From NCBI GenBank assembly GCA_039586815.1, contig JBDHJR010000004.1:95212-159211 (forward strand): DNA of 64,000 bases, in the 5' to 3' direction. This document shows positions 54,363 to 62,763 of this stretch, piece after piece (the stretch's first letter is position 1; each line of letters starts with the position of its first letter). The position numbers were made by a program, and so were the translations under genes. The DNA is from Gemmatimonadota bacterium (GTDB taxonomy: Bacteria; Gemmatimonadota; Gemmatimonadetes; Gemmatimonadales; GWC2-71-9). Below the pieces are notes generated by a model that saw only the letters and a program-made list of their open reading frames with translations, did not search any database and was not told the DNA's origin.

Positions 54363-54392
54363 TTGCACGCCTCACGTCCCCGTGGCTACGAT
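54363..54392 (+). promoter_or_regulatory. sigma70-like promoter of asnS (TTGCAC-18-TACGAT)
   Basis: TTGCAC 54363-54368, TACGAT 54387-54392. ATG 54402 lies only 9 nt after the -10 and has no SD. Confidence 0.4.
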
Positions 54393-54401
54393 ACCGGCGC
54401 C

Positions 54402-55700
54402 ATGAGCGCCCTCCTTCGCATCAACGAGCTGCGCGACCACCTCGGTGACGAGGTGGCCGTCAGGGCCTGGGTAATGACCACCCGCTCGAGCGGCAAGATC
54501 GGCTTCGCCGTGCTGCGCGACGGCACCGGCTATCTGCAGGCCGTCGTCCCCAAGAAGGAAGTCGAGCCGGAGGTGTGGGACGCGTTCAAGGGGCTCGCCC
54601 AGGAGACGGCCGTCGTGGTCAGCGGCACCGCGCGGGATGACGAGCGCGCTCCCGGCGGGGTGGAGCTCACCGTGACGGGACTCGAGGTGCTGGCAACCAG
54701 CCCCGATTTTCCCATCACGCCCAAGGAGCACGGCACGGCGTTCCTGTTCGAGCACCGTCACCTGTGGCTGCGCAGCCGCCGGCAGGTGGCGATCATGAAG
54801 GTGCGCCACGAGGTGGTGAGTGCCATCCGGGACTTCCTGCACCAGCGCGAGTTCCTTCTGGTCGACACGCCGATCCTCACCGGTTCCATAGGCGAGTCGG
54901 CGGGCACGCTGTTCGAGACCGAGTACTTCGATCTGGGCAGCGCCTACCTGGCGCAAACGGGGCAGCTCTACCTCGAGGCCGCCGCCGCGGCACTGGGACG
55001 GGTGTACTGCTTCGGCCCCACCTTCCGGGCGGAGAAGTCCAAGACGCGGCGCCACCTGGCCGAGTTCTGGATGGTGGAGCCCGAGGCGGCTTGGCTCGAT
55101 TCCGACGATAACATGCGGCTGCAGGAGGACTTCGTCTCCTACATCGTGGGGCGCTGCCTCGAGCGCCGCGCCGAGGAGCTGAAGGAGCTGGAGCGCGACA
55201 CGGCACCGCTCGAGCGGGTGACACCGCCGTTCCACCGCATCTCCTACAGCGACGCGATCACCAAGCTGGGTGAGCTGGGGAAGGAGATCCAGTGGGGTCA
55301 GGATCTCGGTGCCGACGAGGAGATCGCGCTGTCGGACACGTACGACCGGCCGGTGTTCGTGTACAACTATCCGCGCGCGGTGCGGGCGTTCTACATGAAG
55401 CAGAATCCCGACGACCCGCGCACCGTGCTGAACAACGACCTGCTGGCGCCGGAGGGCATTGGCGAGATCATCGGTGGCAGCCAGCGGGAGGACGACCACG
55501 ACAGTCTGCTGGAGCGGATTCGCGAGCTCTACCTGCCGGAGGAGTCCTACGCCTGGTACCTCGACCTGAGGAAGTACGGCACCTTCGTGCACTCGGGCTT
55601 CGGGCTCGGGGTGGAGCGCACGGTGGCGTGGATCTGCGGCTTCCCCCACATCCGTGAGGCGATCGCGTTCCCCCGCATGATGACGCGGCTGTATCCCTAG
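54402..55700 (+). CDS. asnS: asparagine--tRNA ligase (Thermus/archaeal-type, about 430 aa)
   Basis: Collinear by eye with my recollection of T. thermophilus AsnRS. Shared segments: LRDGTGYLQAVV, PKEHG..FL.EHRHLWLRSRR, FGPTFRAEKSKTRRHLAEFWMVEPE, LLAPEGIGEIIGGSQRE, HSGFGLGVERTVAWICG...IREAIAFPR. Confidence 0.88.
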   Translation: MSALLRINELRDHLGDEVAVRAWVMTTRSSGKIGFAVLRDGTGYLQAVVPKKEVEPEVWDAFKGLAQETAVVVSGTARDDERAPGGVELTVTGLEVLATSPDFPITPKEHGTAFLFEHRHLWLRSRRQVAIMKVRHEVVSAIRDFLHQREFLLVDTPILTGSIGESAGTLFETEYFDLGSAYLAQTGQLYLEAAAAALGRVYCFGPTFRAEKSKTRRHLAEFWMVEPEAAWLDSDDNMRLQEDFVSYIVGRCLERRAEELKELERDTAPLERVTPPFHRISYSDAITKLGELGKEIQWGQDLGADEEIALSDTYDRPVFVYNYPRAVRAFYMKQNPDDPRTVLNNDLLAPEGIGEIIGGSQREDDHDSLLERIRELYLPEESYAWYLDLRKYGTFVHSGFGLGVERTVAWICGFPHIREAIAFPRMMTRLYP

Positions 55701-56488
55701 GCGTCACCCGCCGCTTTCACCTCGTCCCACAATTCGTCCAGCTCTTCCAGGGAAGCGCGGCCCACGTCGATGCCGCGCTCCGCTGCCAGCTGCTCGATGG
55801 CGCGGAACCGCTCGCTGAATTTGGCGTTGGCGCGCTCCAACGCGGCTCGCGGGTCGGCTCCCAGCTTGCGTGCCAGGTTCACCACGGCGAACAGCAGGTC
55901 GCCGATCTCGGCGCCGATTGCCTCCTCTGTATCGTCCTGCTCGATCTCCCGCTCGAGCTCGCGCAGCTCCTCCCGCACTTTCTCACGGGGCCCCTGGGCG
56001 TCGGGCCAATCGAACCCCACACCCGCGGCCCGCTCCTGCAGACGATAAGCCATTAGCAGCGCCGGCAGGGTGGGCGGCAGGCCGTCCAGCACGCTGGGGC
56101 GATCCTCACCGTGCTCCTCCAGCTTGGTGCGCTCCCAGGTATCGGGGTCCAGGGGGGCGCCTTCCGTATCGCCGTCGAGCTTCTCTGGGAACAGGTGGGG
56201 GTGGCGGCGCCACATCTTCTGCTCCACGCCCTGCGTGAGGTCCTCTGCGCCGAAGCGGCCCTGCTCCTCGGCCAGCACGACCTGGAAGGCTACGTGCAGC
56301 AGCAGGTCTCCCAACTCGGTGCGGATCTGGTTGGGGTCGGCGAGCGACAGGGCGTGATCCAGCTCCAGAGCCTCTTCGACCAGGTAGGGCCGCAGGGTCT
56401 CCGGGGTCTGGGCGGCGTCCCACGGGCACCTCTTCCGCAGGTCCCGCACCAGCTCCACGATGCGTCCAAGCGCTGATGGTTCTTGCAT
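55697..56488 (-). CDS. mazG: nucleoside triphosphate pyrophosphohydrolase MazG
   Basis: Two MazG repeats: CPWDAAQTPETLRPYLVEEALEL...ELGDLLLHV and EELRELE...EIGDLLFAVVNLAR. GAGGA lies 5 nt upstream of the ATG. Confidence 0.88.
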   Translation of the reverse strand: MQEPSALGRIVELVRDLRKRCPWDAAQTPETLRPYLVEEALELDHALSLADPNQIRTELGDLLLHVAFQVVLAEEQGRFGAEDLTQGVEQKMWRRHPHLFPEKLDGDTEGAPLDPDTWERTKLEEHGEDRPSVLDGLPPTLPALLMAYRLQERAAGVGFDWPDAQGPREKVREELRELEREIEQDDTEEAIGAEIGDLLFAVVNLARKLGADPRAALERANAKFSERFRAIEQLAAERGIDVGRASLEELDELWDEVKAAGDA

Positions 56489-56512
56489 TTGCGTCCTCGG
56501 GCCGGTTACAAT
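56483..56512 (+). promoter_or_regulatory. sigma70-like promoter of alr-deoB-cdd (TTGCAT-18-TACAAT)
   Basis: TTGCAT 56483-56488 is the reverse complement of the first two mazG codons, ATGCAA. TACAAT 56507-56512. Confidence 0.5.
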
Positions 56513-56537
56513 ACGCGTCCGTTAGCAACACTGTCAA
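56508..56537 (-). promoter_or_regulatory. sigma70-like promoter of mazG (TTGACA-18-TATTGT)
   Basis: Minus-strand TTGACA (plus 56532-56537) and TATTGT (plus 56508-56513). Gives a leader of about 12 nt carrying GAGGA. Its -10 hexamer overlaps the alr -10 on the other strand. Confidence 0.5.
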
Positions 56538-56546
56538 ACGAGGCTT

Positions 56547-57602
56547 ACGACGAACCGCGCTCGGGTAGAGATAGACCTGGCGAGCCTGGTCGCCAACGCG
56601 CGGACGGTGCAGGTGGCCGCGCAGGGTGCGCCGCTGCTCCCCATGGTGAAGGCCGACGCGTACGGCCTGGGGGTCGTTCCCGTCGTGCGTGCGCTGGAGG
56701 TGGTCGAGCCGTGGGGCTACGGTGTGGCGACTGCCGCGGAAGGGATCGAGCTACGGGAGGCCGGCATTCGCCGGCCCATTCTCGTACTCACTCCGCCGCC
56801 GGCCGACCTGTTGCCGGCGTATCGCGACCACGACCTGCGTGCGGTGCTGGACCGGCCCGCGGTTGCCGAGGTGTGGGATCTGCCGTTCCACCTGGAGATC
56901 GACACCGGGATGGCTCGGTGCGGCGTGCGGTGGGATGACTCCGACGCGATCGCGGCGTTCGAGTCAGAGCGGTTGGAGGGGGTCTTCACGCACTTCCACT
57001 CCGCCGACGAGGGCAGCGATTCCGTCGACGCGCAGTGGTCGCGGTTCGAGACCGCGCTCGGCGCGTTGGGCAGGCGCCCTCCGCTGGTGCACGCGCAGAA
57101 CAGCGCTGGCGCCTGGCGGCTGCAGCAGCGACTCGATCTCGCGCGCCCGGGCATCTTTCTCTACGGAGGACGACACGCGCCCGACCTGCCGGCGCCGCGA
57201 CCCGTCGTGACGCTCAGGGCTCCCGTCGTGAGCCTGCGCCACGTGCGCAGCGGCGAGACGGTGAGCTACGGCGGGACGTGGACCGCACCGCGCGAAACAA
57301 CGGTCGCCACGCTGGGCATCGGGTACGCGGATGGAGTGGCGCGAGCCGCAGGCGGGAAGGCGCAGGTGCTGTTGGACGGCGCGCGACGTCCGCTGGTGGG
57401 ACGGGTCACGATGGACTTCGTGATGGTGGATCTGGAAGGCGTCGCCTCGGGCGTACGGCTCGGGGACTTCGCTACGCTGGTAGGGCACGACGGTGGGGCC
57501 GAGATCACCATAGACGAGTTCGCGGGTTGGGCGGGAACCATAGCCTACGAGGCGCTCACCCACTTGCGGCTGCGCGCGACTCGCGAGTACGGCGGCGCAT
57601 GA
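56547..57602 (+). CDS. alr: alanine racemase (start codon unresolved)
   Basis: PMVKADAYGLGV (PLP Lys), FHLEIDTGMARCG, VSYGGTW, TIAYEALT. The conserved N-terminal strand RVEIDLASLVAN lies upstream of the first canonical start (GTG 56607). The frame is open from 56526 with no ATG/GTG/TTG before 56607. ACG 56547/56550 follow a GAGG. Confidence 0.8.
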   Translation, partial: TTNRARVEIDLASLVANARTVQVAAQGAPLLPMVKADAYGLGVVPVVRALEVVEPWGYGVATAAEGIELREAGIRRPILVLTPPPADLLPAYRDHDLRAVLDRPAVAEVWDLPFHLEIDTGMARCGVRWDDSDAIAAFESERLEGVFTHFHSADEGSDSVDAQWSRFETALGALGRRPPLVHAQNSAGAWRLQQRLDLARPGIFLYGGRHAPDLPAPRPVVTLRAPVVSLRHVRSGETVSYGGTWTAPRETTVATLGIGYADGVARAAGGKAQVLLDGARRPLVGRVTMDFVMVDLEGVASGVRLGDFATLVGHDGGAEITIDEFAGWAGTIAYEALTHLRLRATREYGGA

Positions 57603-58783
57603 CCCGGGGCCGCGGCCGCGTTGCCCTCGTGGTGCTGGACGGTGTGGGCATCGGAGCGGTGCCCGACCAGGCCGAGTGGGGTGATGCAGGGAGCGACACG
57701 CTGGGCAATGTGGCGCGCGCGGTGGGTGGGCTGCGGTTGCCCAACCTTGAGGCGCTGGGTCTCGGCTGCTGCCGTCCGCTGGAGGGGATGCGATGCGAGC
57801 GTCCCAGGGGTGCCCACGGGGTAGCGCTGCCGCGCGCCCGCGGCAAAGACAGCACGACGGGACACTGGGAACTTTGCGGGCTGCCGCTGGAAGAGCCCTT
57901 TCCCACGTACCCGCGCGGCTTTCCGCACAGCGTCATCGCCGCGTTCGTGCAGGCTACCGGCCGCGACGTGCTGGGCAACAAGCCCGCCTCGGGCACTGCG
58001 ATCATCGAGGAGTTCGGGGCGGAGCAGCTGGCGCGGGGTGATTGGATCGTCTATACGTCGGCCGACAGCGTATTCCAGATCGCGGCGCACGAGGGGACGA
58101 TCCCGCTGGAGGAGTTGTATGCCGCGTGTCGGGTGGCACGCGACGAGGTATTGGTTGGTGAGCACGCGGTGTCGCGCATCATCGCCCGGCCGTTCGAGGG
58201 AGAGCCAGGTAGCTTTCGTCGCACCCCGAACCGTCGCGACTTCTCGCTGGCGCCGCCCGGCGAGACGCTGCTCGACCGGCTGGCGGGGGCCGGCGTGCCG
58301 CGGGTGGGGGTCGGCAAGGTGGACGATCTGTTTGCCGCGCGCGGCATCGAGAGCACGCACACGCCGACCAACGCCGAGGCGTACGCGCTGATCGCCGACG
58401 CGCTGCGGTCGCTGGACCGGGGGTTGGTGTTCGCCAACGTGATCGAGTTCGATCAGTCCTGGGGGCACCGCAACGACCCAGTGGGGTTCTACAGTGGGCT
58501 GGAAGAGCTGGATCGCGCGCTGCCCCAGCTGTTGGCCCCGCTGCGAGAGGAAGACGTGATGGTGTTTACCGCCGATCACGGCAACGATCCGACGACGCCG
58601 TCGACCGACCACTCGCGGGAGGCGGTACCGGTGCTGGTGGCGGGCCCACGCGTGGAGCCGGTGGCGCTGGGGGAGCGGCAGACATTCGCCGACCTGGGAG
58701 CGACCGTTGCTGAGTATTTTTCGGTAGAGCTGGAGGCGGGCTCATCGTTTCTCGGGCAGGTGGCGCCGTGGGCGACCGGCTGA
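57599..58783 (+). CDS. deoB: phosphopentomutase
   Basis: [33 protein letters not shown] 57599 in an ATGA overlap. Confidence 0.9.
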   Translation: MTRGRGRVALVVLDGVGIGAVPDQAEWGDAGSDTLGNVARAVGGLRLPNLEALGLGCCRPLEGMRCERPRGAHGVALPRARGKDSTTGHWELCGLPLEEPFPTYPRGFPHSVIAAFVQATGRDVLGNKPASGTAIIEEFGAEQLARGDWIVYTSADSVFQIAAHEGTIPLEELYAACRVARDEVLVGEHAVSRIIARPFEGEPGSFRRTPNRRDFSLAPPGETLLDRLAGAGVPRVGVGKVDDLFAARGIESTHTPTNAEAYALIADALRSLDRGLVFANVIEFDQSWGHRNDPVGFYSGLEELDRALPQLLAPLREEDVMVFTADHGNDPTTPSTDHSREAVPVLVAGPRVEPVALGERQTFADLGATVAEYFSVELEAGSSFLGQVAPWATG

Positions 58784-59160
58784 TCGACGCGGCGAGAGAG
58801 GCGCGAGCCCGTGCCTACGCTCCGTACAGCGGCTACTGTGTGGGAGCGGCGCTGGAGGCGCACGACGGGCGCGTTTTCGTAGGCGCCAATGTGGAAAGTG
58901 CGTCTTACGGCTTGAGCATATGCGCCGAGCGGGTGGCGCTCGGCGCCGCGGTCGCTGCAGGCGCGCAGCGCTTCACGCGGCTGGTGGTAGTGACCGACTC
59001 GCTGCCGGGAGGCTCGCCCTGCGGGGCTTGCCGCCAGGCGCTGGCCGAGTTCGGGTTGGACTTGCAGGTGGAGGCCATCGGCGCCGATGGGACGCGCCGC
59101 TGGCGTCTCGAGGACTTGTTGCCCGACGCGTTCGGGCGGGAGGACCTGACACACCGATGA
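58768..59160 (+). CDS. cdd: cytidine deaminase
   Basis: [19 protein letters not shown] (zinc His/Cys-Ala-Glu motif), PCGACRQ. 130 aa. Confidence 0.9.
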   Translation: MGDRLIDAAREARARAYAPYSGYCVGAALEAHDGRVFVGANVESASYGLSICAERVALGAAVAAGAQRFTRLVVVTDSLPGGSPCGACRQALAEFGLDLQVEAIGADGTRRWRLEDLLPDAFGREDLTHR

Positions 59161-60368
59161 GGGTGGGGAAGTTGAACCTGGCGCGTGTCGTTTGGGGGGC
59201 GAGCCTCCTGACCATGCTCGTGGCCGGGTGCCAGGAGGATCTGACGGCACCCGGGACCTGTCCCGAGTACTGTCCGGCCAAGCTGATCGACGTATTCGAC
59301 TCTGTGTTCGTGGGGAGCGTCTACGGCGACACCGCTTACGTGGGTTACGTACAGACTCACCGGGCAGGGAGCGCGCAGGTCGTGATTGACGGGTCGGCCG
59401 CGGAGAGCCGTCCCATCAACCAGTTCCAGCGGTTCTCGTCTGAGTTCAACAACCAGCCGATTGCCGTGATCGACTCGTTCCTGCTCACGGTGGCCGTGCT
59501 CGGTCACTCGTCCTTCCCGGGACTGGAGCTGGTCATGCACCACCTCCCAGTGGGCCTCGACTCGACGACGACCCATGCGGACCTCGATCCCTTCTTCGAT
59601 GACAGCACCGAGATCGGGGTGTTGGCGATCCCGGATTCGCTCACCAGGGATACCATCAGCGTGCGCCTTCCGGGTGACGCATTCCCGACGCTGATCGCGG
59701 ACAGCATGGTGGCGGCGTTGGGGTTCAGAATCACCGCGGGTCCCGAGGGCTGGGCGGACCTGGGCACGATCGAAGCCCAGATCGGGGCCCAGATGGCCAT
59801 CTACGTCAAGTACGTGATTGATGGTGACACCGTCGAGGTGAACGAGACCCGACTTACCCAGTTCGATTCATACGTCTCGGTCGATCAGCCGGCCATGAAC
59901 CCGGATATCCTCGCAGTGGGTGGTGCGCCGTCGTGGCGGTCGTTCCTGCGGTTCGACATCCCCAGCTGGGTCACCGACTCATCCGACATCGCTCGCGCCA
60001 CTCTGATTCTGGTTCCCTCTGAGCCCATCCTGGGAGCCGCCGGTGACAGCGTGCGGCTGCGTGCCGATGCTGTGACTCAAGACGTCGGGTCCAAGTCACC
60101 GATCCTCGTGCCGGGCGGATCGGCAGACACGCTCACCCTGGGCTCGTTGGACGTGAACACCGGCTGGAGCGATACTCTCCTAATCGACGTGACGCACATT
60201 CTGAAGCTGCTGCGTCTGGATCTCTCGAGGCCACACTCAATCGCGCTTTGGATGGTTCCGCAGGCGGGCTCAGTGGGGCAGGCGCGCTTCTGGTCGAGTC
60301 GCAACGCGGCCCTTGCACCGGCCCTGGCCGTCACGTGGACGCCGCTCTTCCCACGCGAGGGGCAGTGA
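59157..60368 (+). CDS. lipoprotein of unknown function (possible DNRLRE-like beta-sandwich)
   Basis: Lipobox LLTMLVAG-C. Body rich in beta pattern. [13 protein letters not shown]...IARATLILV resembles the DNRLRE-type motif. ATG 59157 in an ATGA overlap. Confidence 0.65.
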   Translation: MRVGKLNLARVVWGASLLTMLVAGCQEDLTAPGTCPEYCPAKLIDVFDSVFVGSVYGDTAYVGYVQTHRAGSAQVVIDGSAAESRPINQFQRFSSEFNNQPIAVIDSFLLTVAVLGHSSFPGLELVMHHLPVGLDSTTTHADLDPFFDDSTEIGVLAIPDSLTRDTISVRLPGDAFPTLIADSMVAALGFRITAGPEGWADLGTIEAQIGAQMAIYVKYVIDGDTVEVNETRLTQFDSYVSVDQPAMNPDILAVGGAPSWRSFLRFDIPSWVTDSSDIARATLILVPSEPILGAAGDSVRLRADAVTQDVGSKSPILVPGGSADTLTLGSLDVNTGWSDTLLIDVTHILKLLRLDLSRPHSIALWMVPQAGSVGQARFWSSRNAALAPALAVTWTPLFPREGQ

Positions 60369-61504
60369 GCCGGCTCGCTCTGCTGGTTCTGGCGCTGGTC
60401 GTCGGCCTGCCGCAGCTAGCGGTGGCCCAGTCGTCTCTCTACGCGGTGGTGGGGATCGGGTTCCCTGGCCGTGCGATAGGTGTGCGCTCGCGAGCCATGA
60501 GTGGGAGCATCGCGGCGGTGGATCCGGGCTCCGCGGTCAACCCGGCCCCCGTGGCGCAGATCACCCGCCTCGCGGCCACGGTGACGTCACTGACCTCGCT
60601 GCGGGACTATCAGATCGACACCGTCTCGATAGAGGGCCTGCGGGACACGCGCTTCCCGTTCGCGGCCCTGGCGGGGGGCATCACCGGCACACCGCTGTCG
60701 TTCGAAGCGAGCTACGCCAACTACATGTCGCGCACCTGGGACATCACGACAGTCGACACGGTGACGCTCCAGGGAGGAACCGTGGGCGTGGAGGATCGGA
60801 TCCGGTCCGACGGCGCCGTGGCGGACCTGCGAGGCGCGCTCGGATGGTACATCTCGTCCAGGCTCCAGCTGGGGGCCGCGATTCACTTGATCACGGGCTC
60901 GACACGCGAGCGGATCCAGCGCGATTACGCGGACCCTCGGTACACACCGTTGCTGCACGACAGTGACATCAGCTACTCCGGGCTGGGTTGGTCGGTGGGT
61001 TTGGGGTTCAACCCGTTTAGCTGGCTGCGGCTTGGTGCATCGTTCCGCAGCGACGGCGACCTCGAAGCGGCGCGCGACTCGGTGCTAATCGGACGCGTGG
61101 ACCTGCCCAAGACCGTCACCGGTGGGCTTGCCGTTCAGCCTGTGCCCGGGCTGATGGTCGCGTCCACCGTCGCATGGCAGTCGTGGTCCGACGCCCAACA
61201 AGGACTCACTTCGATAGGCGGGGATGCGACCACCTTCGACACATGGGACGTGAGCGCCGGCCTGGAGGTCGGGGGTGCGGTGGGGCCGCCCTTTCCCATC
61301 CGCTTGGGGTTCCGCTACGCGCAGCTTCCCTTCAGTCCCCAGGCCGACCGGGTGCGGGAGATCGATCTCACGGCGGGAACTGGGTTCACCTTCGCGGCGG
61401 GACGGGCAGCGTTCAACTTCGCGGTGGAGCGGATCTCGAGAGAGGGTGGCGGCGCGAGTGAGAAGGCGTGGCAGCTCGCCTTCGGCTTGAGCCTCCGTCC
61501 ATGA
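60365..61504 (+). CDS. putative outer-membrane beta-barrel protein
   Basis: Signal peptide LALLVLALVVGLPQLAVA-QS. Alternating hydrophobic beta-strand pattern throughout, with aromatic-girdle residues. GTG 60365 in a GTGA overlap. Confidence 0.6.
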   Translation: MSRLALLVLALVVGLPQLAVAQSSLYAVVGIGFPGRAIGVRSRAMSGSIAAVDPGSAVNPAPVAQITRLAATVTSLTSLRDYQIDTVSIEGLRDTRFPFAALAGGITGTPLSFEASYANYMSRTWDITTVDTVTLQGGTVGVEDRIRSDGAVADLRGALGWYISSRLQLGAAIHLITGSTRERIQRDYADPRYTPLLHDSDISYSGLGWSVGLGFNPFSWLRLGASFRSDGDLEAARDSVLIGRVDLPKTVTGGLAVQPVPGLMVASTVAWQSWSDAQQGLTSIGGDATTFDTWDVSAGLEVGGAVGPPFPIRLGFRYAQLPFSPQADRVREIDLTAGTGFTFAAGRAAFNFAVERISREGGGASEKAWQLAFGLSLRP

Positions 61505-62763
61505 CGCGCGTCTATCTCCACACCTTCGGCTGTAAAGCAAACCAGTACGATACCGAGACGGTGCGCCAGGCCCTCGAATCCGTGGGCGCTTCGGTCGTGA
61601 CGGATCCCGCCGATGCGGACGCTGCGGTTGTGAACTCGTGCACGGTGACCCACGTGGGCGAGTCGAAGATGCGGGGACTGGTCCGCCGGCTCGCGCGCCG
61701 CAACGACGGAGTCCGCACGGTGGTGATGGGCTGCGCCGCGGCGCTCGACGACGGCACCATCGCGGGGTTGCCCAACGTGTCGGGTGTAGTGGCCGGCACG
61801 GAGCCGGCGCGAGTGCTCGAGGCCCTGGGGCTGCCCGCAGACGGTGTGGATCCAGTGCTGCGCAGCTTTGGACGTGGCAGTCGCGCCTGGGTGAAGGTCC
61901 AGGACGGATGCGATGAACATTGCACCTTCTGCGCCACTACGCTGGCGCGGGGCGCGAACGTGTCGCGTCGGCCGGAGGAGATCGTCGAGGAGGCGGCCGC
62001 TCTCGCCGAGTCCCACGAAGAGCTCGTGCTGACGGGCGTTCACATCGGGGCATACGGCAGGGATCGCGCCGACCAACTCACACTGGCAACCCTGCTGGAG
62101 CGCCTGGTGAGCGCGGTGCCGCGGGTGCGCTTCCGCCTGTCGTCGGTCGAAGCGACGGAGCTGGACGACCGACTGGCGGAGCTGATGCTCGGCGCGCCCG
62201 ACCGGCTCGCTCCGCATCTGCACGCCCCGCTCCAGTCGGGAAGCGACCACGTGCTCAAACGCATGGGACGCCACTGGTACACGGCCGCGCGCTACCGCGA
62301 GCGCATCACTCGACTCGCGGCCCGGCAGCCCGTGCTGGGGCTGGGCGCGGACGTCATGGTGGGATTCCCGGGGGAGACCGACGCCGACCACGCGGCTACG
62401 CTGTCGCTGGTGGAGAGCCTGCCGTTCACATACCTCCACGTGTTCCCATACTCGGAGCGTCCCGGCGCGGCGGCGCAGCGCCTCGGTCGAGTGGTGGATT
62501 CCGGCGTTGCCGCGGACCGCTCGGCCGAACTGCGTGCCATCGCGGCCGAGAAGGGTGCGGCGTACCGCGCGCGCCAGCACGGCCGCGACGCCGACGTCGT
62601 GCTGCTGCGCCGCTCCGGCGGTTGGTTCGAGGGCCTCACCGAGGATTACCTTACCGTGTACATGCCTGCTGATCGCGCGCTGCCCGGCAGGTTCGGGGCG
62701 GCGCTGCACCGCGCCGCAGACGGCACTCTGCAGGCGCAGCCCGCACTCCCTCGAGAGCCATGA
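61501..62763 (+). CDS. mtaB: MiaB-like radical-SAM methylthiotransferase (MtaB-type)
   Basis: UPF0004 N-domain (VYLHTFGCKANQYDTE, VVNSCTVT) and radical-SAM CDEHCTFC. No clear MiaB-specific features. The MtaB versus RimO assignment is tentative. Confidence 0.7.
   Translation: MTRVYLHTFGCKANQYDTETVRQALESVGASVVTDPADADAAVVNSCTVTHVGESKMRGLVRRLARRNDGVRTVVMGCAAALDDGTIAGLPNVSGVVAGTEPARVLEALGLPADGVDPVLRSFGRGSRAWVKVQDGCDEHCTFCATTLARGANVSRRPEEIVEEAAALAESHEELVLTGVHIGAYGRDRADQLTLATLLERLVSAVPRVRFRLSSVEATELDDRLAELMLGAPDRLAPHLHAPLQSGSDHVLKRMGRHWYTAARYRERITRLAARQPVLGLGADVMVGFPGETDADHAATLSLVESLPFTYLHVFPYSERPGAAAQRLGRVVDSGVAADRSAELRAIAAEKGAAYRARQHGRDADVVLLRRSGGWFEGLTEDYLTVYMPADRALPGRFGAALHRAADGTLQAQPALPREP

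Noticed and set aside
54363-54401. TTG 54363 as the asnS start (track translation MHASRPRGYDTGA...).
   Set aside because: The extension has no counterpart in Thermus-type AsnRS. These bases form a good TTGCAC-18-TACGAT promoter, and ATG 54402 matches the conserved N-terminus.
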